From: Octopus bimaculoides
Lineage: Eukaryota
Assembly: GCF_001194135.2 (NCBI RefSeq)
Contig: NC_068984.1
Span: 131,725,301-131,789,300 of the forward strand
DNA: 64,000 nt
Reading direction: 5' to 3'
Below, piece by piece: positions 36,391 through 49,699 of the stretch (the first letter of the stretch is position 1; each line of letters opens with the position of its first letter). The position numbers and the translations under genes are program-made. The notes beneath the pieces are model-generated. The model had not been told where the DNA came from. It saw only the letters and a program-made list of their open reading frames with translations, and searched no databases.

Positions 36391-37697
36391 GTTGAAGTGT
36401 TGCAGAATAGTTCTAAACCTGAAACAGGACTTAGAATTGCAAGAACAAAAGGTTCATCCAGCATCAACAAAAGGTTTAGTTAGCAGAAGAGAGCACAGAA
36501 CTCAGCTACTACATGGAAAGCAATCAATCTTGATTTTTAGAAAAGGAGTAGATGTGAATTCTAAAGTGTATACCCACTATAAACTTATGGATCCTCAAAA
36601 GCTTTGTGAGATTTTAGGCAGGTTGTTAGAGAACTTTTATATGTTATAGATGTAGTTAACAGTAAGATCACGTATGAAGTGAAATCTATTATTCACTGAA
36701 TTTAAAATATCTACGTACAAGAGTCACAGAACATAAATGAGTTAAGATACTCTGATGCTCAATTTTTTAATGAGTATCAGAGGAAATTAGCTGTAGTGTG
36801 TAAGAGAAAAAATTGCACTGGTACAGATACTTTGTACATGAAGGAGGACAGATGTATGAAGAAATGTGAAGCAACATAAATAGAAGGAACTTGCAGAAAA
36901 GGAAGAGTAAGGGTGAAGTGGTGAATTTTGATCTCTGGATGCTCAATTAATTCTAACAAGTTACAAATTGTTGCTTTTCTAGAGATTAGCCATCTAACCC
37001 ATGCCAGTTTGTAAAAATGATGTTTGTGAAATAGCATGGTCCCTATATATCTTCTATATTGCATATATTTCTACAGAGAACAATAGATATTTTTGGTGTA
37101 CTATTGTTTATGGTGAAAAGCTCACCTTTCTCACAGGTAACACCATATTAGTGATTATTTCTAAACTCAAAGTACCACATTGTTTCTTGGATCCAATAAT
37201 GAGTACCACCAGATCATATTAGTATATCATTTCCGTTTTTGTTTTCTCGATTATATTCCATAGTGTATAGTGGAGCAGATTTGGAATTAAGATTCCTTAC
37301 ATTAGTTTTCAATATAAACTTTGTAAGCATTTTCAATAACCAGGCTTGTTTTGTATAATTATAGACAGTTGTCATAAAAGCTTGAATATTGTTTTCTTCT
37401 TCTTTTTAAAGCAACCTTCATCTTATAAAGAAACTCCCTGTTTCCAAATGTGCTTACCAGTTTGTTGCTTTCTGAGTTCACCAACTTCACAGTAGGTATT
37501 CAGTAGTGTTTCTTTTTCATTTTTGAAAGTATACTTCCAAAGACTACATAAACAGCTGTATATTGAAATCATGGACTAAATTATATACATTCTCTTACTA
37601 TTCAAGTTTTGTGACATTTATTGTTGCTTCATTATGTGTTAGATAAATCTTACAGAGTAAACTTATCTGGTGACTGAAAGATGCAAGCGTGGTTATA

Positions 37698-38105
37698 GGC
37701 ACAGATTTGGCTGTGTGGTTTAGAACTTAACTTCCCAACCACATGGTCTTGTGTTCAGTCTCACAACATGGCACCTTGGGTAAATTTCTTCTACTATAGC
37801 CTCAGGCTGACCAAAGCCATATGAATAGATTTGGTAGACAAGGACTGAAATAAACCTGTCGTGTGTGTGTTTGCTTGTTTGTGTCACCTTGTTTTGACAT
37901 TGCATTGTTGTTGTAAATGATATCACTATCATACAAGCAGTGTCATTTATTTCCAATATTCTGCAAAAATATGTCTGGCCATGGGGAAATATTGCCTTGC
38001 TTGAAAAGAGATAGGTTTGGTTGCATAAAGGGCTTCTGGCTGTAGAAAATCTGACTTCCATGCAAGCATGGAAAATTTGACATAAAAATGATTATAATGA
38101 TAATG
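37698..38105 (+). mobile_element. SINE, family A
   Basis: ggcacagatttggctgtgtgg head; catgcaagcatggaaaa...atgat tail. Confidence 0.85.
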
Positions 38106-38573
38106 GTTTGTTTTAACTGTGTTGTAGCCATATTCCATTGCTGTCATGGAAGAATTAGGAACATGTAAAATTATGTGTGTGAACCAAACTAAAAAAGAAC
38201 TTTAACCTACTTCCTTGTTTCAGATCAACAATTATTCCTAAAGGCTCACAAGCAATTATTAAACAATAATTCCAGGTAGAATATCAACTGTAAATCTAGT
38301 AATATAGTTTTTCACAAAAATTTTAACTTATTTTCCTCATATATTAAAGAAAAAATAATTTATATATCTAAATCATGTGTTTATTATTTCTGGGCCGTGT
38401 TTCTATGTTCCATTATTAGCAGTTCCTGCTCTATGGTAAAAAATTTTGTAATGGGTGGATTTTTTCTCACACTGAAATAATTTTGCAATTTTAGCTTTAA
38501 GTTTGTAGCTAAATGTTTGGCATAACTATAGGTATTCATGAATTATTAAACACCTTAGAAATATCTACTAGCT

Positions 38574-38602
<29 letters not shown>

Positions 38603-38604
<2 letters not shown>

Positions 38605-38900
38605 CATCATCATCATTGTTGTGTGTCTGCTTTCCATGCTGCTATAGGACAAGTCAGAGGAGTGCATTTCACTCTTGTGTTTCATTTTGGGCTTGGTTTT
38701 TATGGCTTGACACCCTCTCTACAGCACAAACTGTACTGGATGCTTTTTCTTCTGTGACACAAGAAGTGTCAACAATACTGAAGTATTCCCACAACCTTAT
38801 ACTTTACAGAGTGTATGGTGGTTATTTTTCATAGCACCACCACAAGAGAGGTCACCGTTTTCTCAACACAACTAAAGAGACTTCTTATTTCCATGTTTCA
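38603..38900 (-). mobile_element. Family C composite retroposon (degenerate)
   Basis: (CAT)n followed by gtctgctttccatgctg; tttttatggcttgacaccct. Confidence 0.55.
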
Positions 38901-39419
38901 ATTCCTTTGCCTGCTTCTTTACAGAGTATTAGACATGAATGATAGTGACATTGGATGAGTGAAAGGAGTCCTTGGTATTCTGAGGCAGGTGTGTTTATTC
39001 AAGGCACAGTGACTCGGGAGATAAAATGACAGATACCCAAGAAAAAAGGAGCGAGTGTATGATGGCAGATAAAGTGAAATGGCATGATCATTGGTAGAAC
39101 AGGAGAAGAGGGTAAGGTTAGTGTATTAGGCACAAGTGATCCAATGTTGTCTCCTTTTACATAGACTTCAAGGTGGGCTGGAAAGGTTATGTGAAGAGGG
39201 TTGTGATTGGAGAATTAGAAAATGGGTGTGTCCTGTATCAATGACTGACAGGAGCATGAGTGAGGGGAAAAACTAACTGAAAGATATCTGGGATAAAATA
39301 CTCTAAGCTAAAAAAGATGGTGTTCACCTCTTGTTGCTGATTATTGCTTTATTCTCATACACTATAAAGTAACCAACTTTAGTCAATAGTTTGCCCCTCC
39401 CAACTATTTTACAATGTTT

Positions 39420-39600
39420 TGTTGTTTAGTCACAGGTCAGCCTTGATTAAGCAGATCTATGATCAAAAGCATTCCAACAAATGATTATACTGTCTTTTTG
39501 TATAACTTGGAATATACTGTCCCATGTGTCTTTCCTTTTAATGACAGTAAGGTATATTTGAAAGGAGTTAAGTTGCTATTTTTAACAGATCAAGTGACTG
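39420..39600 (-). mobile_element. SINE, family D
   Basis: gttgtttagtcacaggtcagccttgattaagcagatctatgatcaaaagcattcc. Confidence 0.65.
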
Positions 39601-39761
39601 TATACAAGTTTGCTGTGCCAGTTCAAAACTAAAACTTATTTTGCAAATTAAAACACCTATAGTAGCTTTTAAGATATTTAAGAATAATTTTGTTTTGTTA
39701 CTCCTATTCTGTTTAATTTTTTTTTTCTAGAAATAATTCTTGATCTTTTCTATCAATCTGC

Positions 39762-40012
39762 AGACCTATGCTAGTGCTGTGTAAAAAATCACCCATGTTG
39801 GCGCCACATAAAAAGCTTCCATGCTTGTTCCACATTAAAAACACCAAGCTGCTCTCTGTAAAGTGGTTGGTGATAGGAAGGGCATCCAACCTTAGAAACC
39901 ATGCCAAAGCAGACAATTGAAGCCTGGTGCAGCTCTCTGACTTGCCATGTCAAACTGTCCAAGTCATGCCAGCATGGAAAATGGACATTTAAATGATGAT
40001 GATAATGATGAT
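39762..40012 (+). mobile_element. Family C retroposon
   Basis: gtggttggtgataggaagggcatcc...catgccagcatggaaaatggacatttaaatgatgatgat. Confidence 0.8.
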
Positions 40013-40398
40013 TTCCATTTCAGTAAATTTCTATCTAATATTGAGTTGAGAATGGCATGTACACTGCTGTTAAAATATTGAAAAACTATTGATCCTTATA
40101 ATTTTTATTGCTCTTCTTTCTGTCATTGAGTTTTTCTCAGTTGATATAAAAGATAATGGCTATAATGTAAATGCATGAAATATTTATTGACTAAATGGAG
40201 AACCTCAACCAGATTCCACATAGGCAAAGAACATGCAAATTTTTCTAGAACAAATGGGGTGGGTGGAATACCCATATTGTCGGCAGAGAGAAATGTATAG
40301 ATGAAGTAACTGAGACAGTCAGAAGATGTAAAAGGCTAATTAAGCTTTCACTAGTTTAAAGGCAATACAACAGTAATAATGATTTATGTGGTTGAAGT

Positions 40399-40463
<65 letters not shown>

Positions 40464-40724
40464 TATATATATATACACCCCAATCAGGACTGACAGTTTA
40501 AGCAAAATGACTTTTTCTCTGAGGCCCATTTGCAAACTACCTCAATTGTAAATGACAGTGATCTCATCACAGCTGATGATGATAATGATCTCATCACAAC
40601 ACCATGCTCACACTAGCCTCCCTGCATAGTCAACCAAGTTGTACAGGGATATGAATGATATAGCATCATCATCAACTACTATAAAGGTATCGAGATTAAC
40701 CAAGTTTCAAAAGTAACAGAATTA

Positions 40725-41270
40725 TAGCACAATTATTGATGTGATGCAGTTTGGGTTTGTGCACTGAGAGTTTACCACTAATGCTCTCTTACTAATGAGG
40801 CAACTAAAGTGGAAGTTCTTAACTAAGAATAAGCTACTATCTAGCATTTGTTGATCTAAGGAAAGCCCTTGATAGGGTTCCACTCTGTCCTGTCTAATGG
40901 TCACTAAAACTACAAAAAAAAAAAAAAGCTAGGTGTAGATGAATGACCCTTAAGATCCACACAAACCATGTTCAGAGATGTTTTCAACAAAGTGTGAGTT
41001 GGCAATGAGTTCCTGGTGTCCATTAGGGTGTCCATTAGTTCCTAGTGTCCATTAGGGTGTAATTCTCAGTTCACTTTTGTTTATTATATTATAGTTCTTC
41101 AGGTTATAAAGAGAAGACTTGGCTGTCCATAGGAACTTCTGTAAGCTGTTGACATAGTTCTCATAGCTGAATCTGTTGAAGAAATTTCAGTGGTGGAAAC
41201 AAGGCCTAGAAGTGGGAGGTTTGAAAGTAAATGTAGTAAAGACGAAAGTTTTAATTAGCAAGAAGACAAG
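40725..41270 (+). pseudogene. RTE-clade reverse transcriptase fragment
   Basis: IDVMQFGFV, TTNALLLMRQL, LAFVDLRKALDRVP, KLGVDE, DIVLIAES, GLKVNVVKTKVL across frameshifts. Confidence 0.85.
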
Positions 41271-42179
41271 TCTCTATGCTACACTCTATATTATACAATA
41301 AAGGAGAAAATAGGAACTCCATATGGAAAAAAGTAAAAAGCTAAGGAATTATGCTGAATTTAACTGTAAAGTTTGACTTTATAACAGTTAAGTATTGTAT
41401 TTAATGGGATATATAAGATGCAGTTCTTTCCAAAAACATGTCTCAAAAATCACCCCAGATCTTATTATGTAAAGTTGGGTCAATATTACATGCTTTAAAT
41501 GTACTAAAATTTGAGCTTCTGGCATGAATGCCAAGCAGTACAGTATATTGTTTCCAAATTTCTGGCAGAGTTAATTGTGTCATAGTGCTGTTTTTCTCAC
41601 AGATGGTACCCAACTGACCCTACTATACTGTGTACAATGAACAATATGCATGTGTGAAATTAGAAATATAAAACTGTGACAATTTACCCATTGCACCCTC
41701 TGTGTATGTGTGTGTGTGTAGGTCTCCTCTAACAAAAAGGTAACTATGATCTGCAAATATTAATTCATCACCATTATTATCATCATTTTAATGTCTACTT
41801 TTCCATGCTTAGTATAAACTGTAGCTGTTTTGCACTGGGGAATCCATAGGTATGCTGACAGAGAAGGAAAGCTTCAGATGTACAGCAGTAATTAGCAATA
41901 AGAGCACCTGAGAAATAAACTCTTTAAAATGCTCAGAAGGCTCCATAGTGACTGTCAGTAGGTTCTCTTATCTACGTGACCTAATTAACTGTGGAGGTGG
42001 TGTTCCAAAAACATAGTAGCCAGAATATGAACAGGGTGGAAAAGTGCATGACTTCATGTTAGTGGACTATTGAAGCTTGTCTCAGAGATATGAAATCTTA
42101 TCTTTATACCTCTTCACATCGTTAGAGAGGTGTTGTACTGATAGAACTGTTGTATGTAAGCCAGATCCGGACAGTTTGC

Positions 42180-42362
42180 TTGTGTCATTGAGTTACTTGA
42201 TCTACTGGAAATAACTACCAAATTCCTTCAGATCATGCCTTACCATCTTGCAAAAAAAAAAAAAAGGAAGAACACATTGGCAAAAAGGTAGGATGGTGTT
42301 GGCCGCAATATCTTCAATCAAAGATTTGCTTAATTTGGGCTGATCTGTGGCAAATAACAACC
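42180..42362 (+). mobile_element. SINE, family D
   Basis: gttacttgatctactggaaataac...ggaagaacacattgg...gggctgatctgtggcaaataacaac. Confidence 0.65.
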
Positions 42363-43019
42363 ACCACTGAATCTCCATATAAACTGTCTCGGGAAACTTT
42401 TCAGGAAAGCAGCAAAATAGTCCTGAATACAGACCTTCCTGTGCTTCTAGCCATTACCCTCTACTGCAGAAAACTTCAAATGATAGGAACATCATCAAAG
42501 GTTCTATCTCTTTCTGCAAGGCAAAACTGCAAAATATCAAATGCCTTGAAATGCTTTTTTTTTTTCTATTTCCCCAACAAACTATATGCATCCAACAGGT
42601 AATAGTATCTTCTACAGCCATATCAAATTAATCTGCCACAATCAGACACACTGCATTTAGTCTGTGGTGATGGATGAGACTAAAGATTTTTTTCAGTAAA
42701 GGTAGGGATTATCAATCATGCACATTATTGTTTTATAAATAATAATCTAAAATCCAAACAATAAAAGGAGGTATGTTACATGAAAGCTACATTCTATAGA
42801 TGATGAATTGCTAGAGTATGCTGCAATAGATGAAACAAGAATAGAGAGGGTGCTTCCAACACAAGATAATAGATATAAGACAGTGAAGAAGCTCCAGTAC
42901 TGGGTAATTAGTTTCCAATACAATCCTGAGAAAAGCTTAGTTACTTCAATGTTTGCATGCCACACTTTATCAAATATATCAATATGTGTATTGTAATGGT
43001 TTTCTCAATTTAGCATGTT

Positions 43020-43260
43020 ATCATCATCATCATCATTTTAAGTTCGTTTTGCATTATGGCATGGATTTAAGGACTGCATTGTGCTCCAATGTCTGCTTTG
43101 GCATGGTTTCTACAGCTGGGTGCCCTTTTTAACACCTATTACTTTACAGCAGGTACTGGATATTTTGTTTTTTCGTGTCACCAGTACTAGTAAGGTTGCC
43201 ATGCAGCTTGCAAGACTCTGAAATTCTGAAGGGTGTTTGCTTAATACTAGAAAATGAAGG
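43020..43260 (-). mobile_element. Family C retroposon (degenerate)
   Basis: (CAT)n tail, tttggcatggtttctacagctggg. Confidence 0.6.
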
Positions 43261-43721
43261 GTTGAAGTATAATAAAAGGGGCTAGAGCAGAACAAGTTTC
43301 TTGTTGTTAAGGAGCCACAAGACTACCTATATTTTAAAAGAGAAGGTGGGAGTGATCAGGTGGAGCTAGAAAGTTATAAAAATAATGGTAATGAAATGTC
43401 TGGGTGGGCCCTCAAGGTATGAGGTGAGTAAAAGTGGGTGGGAATGAGGAACCTTGCATGTGTGGTAGTTGCAAGAGTGTATAGGGAAGTGAGAGATGGG
43501 AATGTGTGAGGAGAGAGGGTATTCTAAAGGCACTAAATAATTGGTGATGTATGACATCATCAGTTCAATCTGAGTTATGCCATCATGTAATATCTATGAA
43601 GTGAGTAAAGTTCCATTTATTAACCCTGTTGCTTGTGGCTTCATAAAAGAAATTCCAATCTGCACCCATTCTCAACATATCTAAATGTATAGGTGTGGAT
43701 GACTGTTGTAGTATAAATACA

Positions 43722-44140
43722 AAGGTGCAGACATTAGTTGTGTAATGAAGAAGCTTGCTTTTCATCTATGTGGTCTTGGGTTCGATCCTACTGTGTGACA
43801 CCTTGAGCAGGTCTCTTCTATTATAGCCTCAGGCCAACCAAAACCTTGTGAGTGGATTTGGTAGATAGAAACTGAAAGAAGCCCATTGTATATGTGTTAG
43901 TGAGTAGCCTTATGATGACATCATGCAATAGGTGTAAATGAACTTCCATCATCCATGTGATGTTTGTTTTCAGTTTTCCATGAAAAACATATCTGGTTAT
44001 GAGGAAATATTACCTTGCTTGGAAACAGGTGAAGGCTGGTGACAAGAAGGGCATCCAGCTATAGTAAATAGGCCTCAACAAATTCCATTTGACTCCTGCA
44101 TGCATGTTAATGTGGATGTTAAGTGATGTTTTCAATGATG
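43722..44140 (+). mobile_element. SINE, family A
   Basis: gggttcgatcc B-box, gtgagtggatttggtagatagaaactgaaagaagccc core. Confidence 0.85.
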
Positions 44141-44844
44141 ATTGTTCATTCATGAAAACTTTGTTTTACCTCCTCTGTGTTTCATTTGATATTTGGTAAA
44201 AGAAAAATACATTTAAGTTTGTAAGTTGAACCATTAAAAACTTCAAAATAAGTGATTCTCTTAGTGTAAATATTATACATCTATGATGAAATTTAAACTT
44301 GTTTTTCTAGATAGTCTATTTTGTGAGATAACCAGCTTGTTAATGTGTGAGATTCAATTGTAAAGAAAATTGATTTAATTAATGTGTTACTTATTTCAGT
44401 TAACAGTTCAAGTCATAGCTTTGTTGCTCTTTTAAAGAAAACTCTTGATTGATTTTCCAAGATAGTCTGTAAAGCTTTAAAGAAGAAAAATGTATTCGGA
44501 GAAAGAATAAGTTTCAAGAAACGGATCTAGTAATGATGATTTGGCACTGAATACAGGATTTGATTACTTTTAACCTCGGTTTATAATAATTCAAAAATAT
44601 ATTGTATAATCTAAACTATATAATGCATTATTTTGAAATTCTCTTTTATACTTACTGTCTCCTTTTATGAAAAATGATTTCAAATATATTGAAGGGGATT
44701 TTTACCTTTTGATACCACCATACTTGAGACCACACTTGGTCCTGAAAAATTCTTAATGTTTTAAAGTGATCTAAATTAAAACTTTCCAACAAAATTTCAT
44801 ATTAAAATTGTATTCTAAACACCATCATAATAATGACAAAATTC

Positions 44845-44955
44845 ATCATCATCATCATCATTTAACATCCATTGTCCATGCTGGCATGGGTTGGACAGCT
44901 TGACCAGGGCTGGCAAGCTGGAAGGCTGCACCAGACTCCAGTCTGATTTGGCAGT
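44845..44955 (-). mobile_element. Family C 3' fragment
   Basis: (CAT)n tttaacatccattgtccatgctggcatgggttggac. Confidence 0.7.
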
Positions 44956-46311
44956 TTTACTCAGTTCTTCATTATTTTCAAAATTAATTGAAACAAAGGT
45001 GGTGTATGTCAATAAGGGTTTAAGGTAGAGTAAACAAAATGAATTTCATAAGATTTTTGTCAAGAGATTAATATCTTGTCTTGATTTTAATTTGAATAAA
45101 ATTTGATATTTGTAAATTCCTATTTAAAGAAATAGAGACTGTCAATATATCAACAATGAAATTTTTTGGAGGTATAAGATTATTTTTTCTCTTTCAGAGT
45201 TTTCAACAATATGATTAAGATTAAATTTTCTTTTTTTTTTTTTTTTTCTAGTGCAAGAAAAATTATGAAGAATATGTGTTTTTCATGTTGAGTCAACATT
45301 ATAGTAAGTTACTTTGATAGTTTCAAGCACATTCTAAGTATTTTTGTCCCCAAACCACAATTAGACCTTAATGACAGATATTTTACTTTTTCTCTCTAAC
45401 AAATTATCCAAACCATTCACTTAAGATGAACACAGGGTAATTTTTAAAAGAATATAGTGATGGTGAGGTTAAAAAGTTATAAATCTTTACTAACATGATC
45501 TGGATAAGAATACAACATCGCCTTGATTCAGCAACACGAAGAGCCATTCTTTCATATTTGATATAACTACTACTCTTCAAGAGATCTTTGGTCTGCTACT
45601 ATTTAAATCTTCCATCCAGCATGTATCATCCATTCCCTTCTATTCATTTATGCCAGCATCCCCATTTCCTACTAGTGTTTTTCATGACCAGGTACTCTCC
45701 TACTTCAGTTTTTCTCAGAAGTAAATATTACACCTACATCTTTCTATATTCACTGACCAGGCTTTGCTGTAATATAATAATTTACTTTTTCGAATTACAT
45801 TTTGTGTATGCCTTTTCTTTCTGGAATTAATTATTTGTTTTAAAACCTCAAAATTACACAAACAGTAACAGAAAACAAACTGATATATATACAGTCATTT
45901 TGCTTTTTTTTTTATTTTTGGTGGTAGGGTCTTCTATTTCCCTTACTTTCACTTTCAATTTATTACAAAACTATATTGAGTCAGACAGTACTCAGTTCCA
46001 GTTTATACTCCTAACCCTTTCTACATCACTTTTCTTTGGATGTCTTTGTTCATTGGTTTCTACAGTATTTCCATGGTCCTCCATTCATCAATACATATTT
46101 AAATATGAATATATATTTTTTTCATTTTCGACTATGTAAAGACACGCATCCTTTTCCAGGACTATCTCTTCCTTCCTCCTTTTCCTCCTCACCGGACTTT
46201 TTTTTCTCTTTGAGCCATGCTGAAAACATTTCTATTTTTCTATTTGAAACTTTCATTGAGTGTGAACCTAATATATTCACTCTGTTCAATTGACTTTTTT
46301 CTCCTGTTTTT

Positions 46312-46315
<4 letters not shown>

Positions 46316-46373
<58 letters not shown>

Positions 46374-46430
46374 NNNNNNNNNNNNNNNNNNNNNNNNNNN
46401 NNNNNNNNNNNNNNNNNNNNNNNNNNNNNN

Positions 46431-46492
<62 letters not shown>

Positions 46493-46520
46493 ATATATAT
46501 ACATACATACATACATACAC
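46316..46520. repeat. (CT)n-gap-(AT)n microsatellite, representative of many in the window
   Basis: Gap 46374-46430; the gaps at 18303-18346, 50399-50463 and 51928-52446 also abut microsatellites. Confidence 0.95.
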
Positions 46521-46529
46521 CCACACATA

Positions 46530-46741
46530 CATGAGGGGTGCTGAAAAGTTCCTTACTTTGAGTAAAAGAAAATACAGGAGGATCAGTTAATTATCATTTT
46601 ATTCTACATATCTCCCTCTCAGATTCACACAGCTATTGTGGAAATCTTTCAGGTTTTCTAAGCCCTGTAAAAGAACTCAAAAGGTTGGGCCTCCAACGAG
46701 ACCTTTCGCGATACCCTTAACTTTTCAGTCCCCACCCCATG
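46530..46741. mobile_element. mariner-type MITE
   Basis: catgaggggtgctgaaaagtt vs aacttttcagtccccaccccatg imperfect TIRs. Confidence 0.6.
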
Positions 46742-46754
46742 TGTGTGTGTGCAT

Positions 46755-46803
<49 letters not shown>

Positions 46804-47771
46804 GAGAGAGATTTTCTCACCTATCTTGGAATGATAATTACCTATTAAGTTTTTTTTTTTTTATTTCTTTTTACACCATATACAAATATTACGGAGTCTG
46901 TTATATTGCTTGTAATGAACTTAATCATTACCTATTTCTCATCCTGACTGCATTGATTGTTTATTTCCCATTTCCCTTCAAATAGTTCACCAGTTTTGCA
47001 ATTATTACTTACCTAAAATAACTTACAAACCTGCTTCTTCCCATGACTGGACCGAGCTAAGAACCTCTCAATCTCATTTCCTGTACACAACATATGTGAA
47101 GATACCTATGTTTCAACATCCTTCCAACTTTTCAAGCTCTACTTGTCATCATATACATATTATCTATTGACTACACAAAAAAAGGATGGTAATATTGCTT
47201 ATGCTTAATAGGAGAACTAACATTACTCAAACTTGATACCACCCTTACTATGCACAGTAGCAGCACATTATCTGCTAATCCATATATGTTTCCTCTTTAG
47301 TATATTGATTTTGGCAGTGATTTTTGTTGGCTGAATATTCTTTCAACAACTACTGAACTTGTATTTTGTTACCTTACCACCATTTTAATCTCGTACCTCT
47401 TTCATTTACCTGAGAAAGTCTAATCTCCTTGATAGGTTGCCTTTATAGTGAGTGGCTTGAGGACTCCTAGCCTTTCTTAAAAGTTGGAGTAAAAAAGAAA
47501 TGTAAAGGAAAAAGATGGAGTAAAAGAGGAAATAATAGATTGCAGAATGAAGAACTGAGAGTGGGGAAAAGAAGAGAATAGAAGGTAGCTAATAAGAAGA
47601 ATGAGAACAAATAAGAAAAGTGGAGTAGAAAACTTGTCATCATATAGACAGATGACATATTGTGATGTATGTGTTGTTAGTGTGGTTGAGGTTGGTCATA
47701 TTTTTCACACCCTTCAGATTCTACCATATCTAAAAGGCAGCACAAAAGTTTAGCGACATTTTTTATCTTTT

Positions 47772-48141
47772 GTCTTTTACTTGTTTCAGTCATTAGACTG
47801 TGGCCATGCTGGGGCACTGCTCTGAAGAGTTTTAGTCAATAGAATCGACCCCACTATTTCTTTTTTTAAGCCTGGCACTCATCCTTTTGGTTTCTTTTGC
47901 TGAACTGCTAAGTTGCAGGGGACGTAAACACACCAACACCAGTTGTCAAGTTTGGTAGGGGACAAACACACACAGACTCTCACTTACATGACTGATTTCA
48001 TTCAGTTTCTATCTACCAAATCTCTTCATAAGGCTTTGGTCAACCTGAGGCTATAGTAGAAAACACATGCCCACAGAGGGACTGAACCCTAAACTATTTT
48101 GCTGGGAAGCAAATTTCATACCACACAGCCACTCCTGTGCC
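47772..48141 (-). mobile_element. SINE, family A'
   Basis: cttttacttgtttcagtcattagactgtggccatgctgg ... accacacagccactcctgtgcc. Confidence 0.85.
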
Positions 48142-48559
48142 TATATCTCCATATTTAAAAAAATAGATCTGATTATAGAATAACAAGGGTTTACAAATTG
48201 TATTCTTTATCTTATACTGGTTTCAGTCTTTGGACGGAGGCCATGTTGGGACAACGCCTTAAAGTTAAACAAATCAATTATTTTGTTTAACAAATCACTT
48301 ACCAATATTTACCTGTACCTTTTTTTAAACCTGGTATTTATTTTGTTGGTCTCTTTTACTGAACTACTGAAATAAGCAAAAAATAAAAGATATTTAAGAA
48401 CTATGTGTTTCACATTAAAAAAGATTCTAATTTTGTTTTCTTCAAAATCCTTCTTTCAAAACACTCACCTGAGTACAAAGGCCACCTATTTTAAATAACT
48501 AAATGATGGCTTGTAAAAATGGCAATTATTATTCAAAGAAAAAAAGAGGAAAACAAAAT

Positions 48560-48900
48560 CCAATGTTGAGAGATGTGACCTCTCATTGTGGAAAAGTAAT
48601 GGCTGAACCTGGAGTGGTTTCTTGAGCTTTGAGTTATGCACCCTATGAAGTAACTTTATTCCAGATCAGCTGTTTGTATTTGTGATCATACTTTTTCAGT
48701 CACTATTCAAGATTCATGCTTATAGGTATGGGTAGGTTCAAAAATTAAATTGATGTTAGAGAGTTTGGCTTTTTCACATCCTTTCCTTCTGATAACTGAA
48801 TGTTGAAACTGGCATATTGCATCTGCTGCAGCAATTCTTGCATCCAGTTCTTCCTCCTATCATTTGTGAAAATGACCATAAGAAAATGGAACTTCTCTAC
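48560..48900 (-). pseudogene. RTE (Expander-like) LINE fragment, post-RT region
   Basis: EEELDARIAAADAICQFQHSVIRRKGCEKAKLSNINLIFEPTHTYKHES*IVTEKV*SQIQTAD matches the RTE pattern EIDxRIxAAS...KAKL...PTLTYGHExW. Confidence 0.75.
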
Positions 48901-48924
48901 CTACTTAACACACATGACATTTAT

Positions 48925-49160
48925 GAGGTTTCTCGAGCGAAATGAGCGTGGCCATTGCCAGTACCGCCTGACTGGCCTTCGTGTGGGTGACACATAAAAG
49001 CACCCACTACACTCTCTGAGTGGTTGGTGTTAGGAAGGGCATCCAGCTGTAGAAACTCTGCCAAATCAGATTGGAGCCTGGTGTAGCCATCTGGTTTCAC
49101 CAGTCCTCAGTCAAATCGTCCAACCCATGCTAGCATGGAAAGCAGACGTTAAACGACGAC
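48925..49160 (+). mobile_element. Young family C retroposon
   Basis: About 95% identical to the reverse complement of 3225-3451. Confidence 0.88.
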
Positions 49161-49699
49161 AATAGCATAACGACAAGATTTCCTTGGCCAAAACGACTTC
49201 TATCCTGATTAGTCACTGATCTACTTTCATATCTAGAATGGTACTACTACTACATTCTCAAATATTGTAGAAACATCTAAAATAATCTCTCTGTCTATTT
49301 AGAAAAGACTCGCTCATCAATACTATCCACTCAAAACACCCTCCTATCAACATCCCTGCAGAGTTTCAGTCCCCACTAAACAGATCCTGCACTTTGCTTC
49401 TGTTGTGTCAACACCCACAGGCGAAGAAGTAGGATCTCCCAAGACATATAAATAGAGGTAGTCTGGCCGTGGTAGGAGTGTGTAGCGGTTGAGTAGAGAT
49501 CATCCGAAGGTGCTAGATAGCAGTAGCTTTGAGACATAACAACTTCTCAGTTAATCATTCTCTCTCTAGATTTATGAAATTCCCTTCCCACATTTTTCTG
49601 TAAACATCAATCTACTTCACCTATATTTGATTAGGTTCCTTGCAAAGGTCTTGGATCATTCCCTCTCCAATTGATCATCAATGCATTTTAAGTTTAATG

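Noticed and set aside
36358-36480. Exon-like ANTERVQRWLTVEVLQ...
   Set aside because: Straddles the end of the solo-LTR-like unit and has no good donor.
44530-44620. C/D snoRNA (ATGATGA then CTGA)
   Set aside because: No terminal D box or closing stem at a suitable distance.
48780-48900. 50-aa minus-strand open frame after an AG (VEKFHFLMVIF...)
   Set aside because: Another frame matches an RTE LINE; it is not a host exon.
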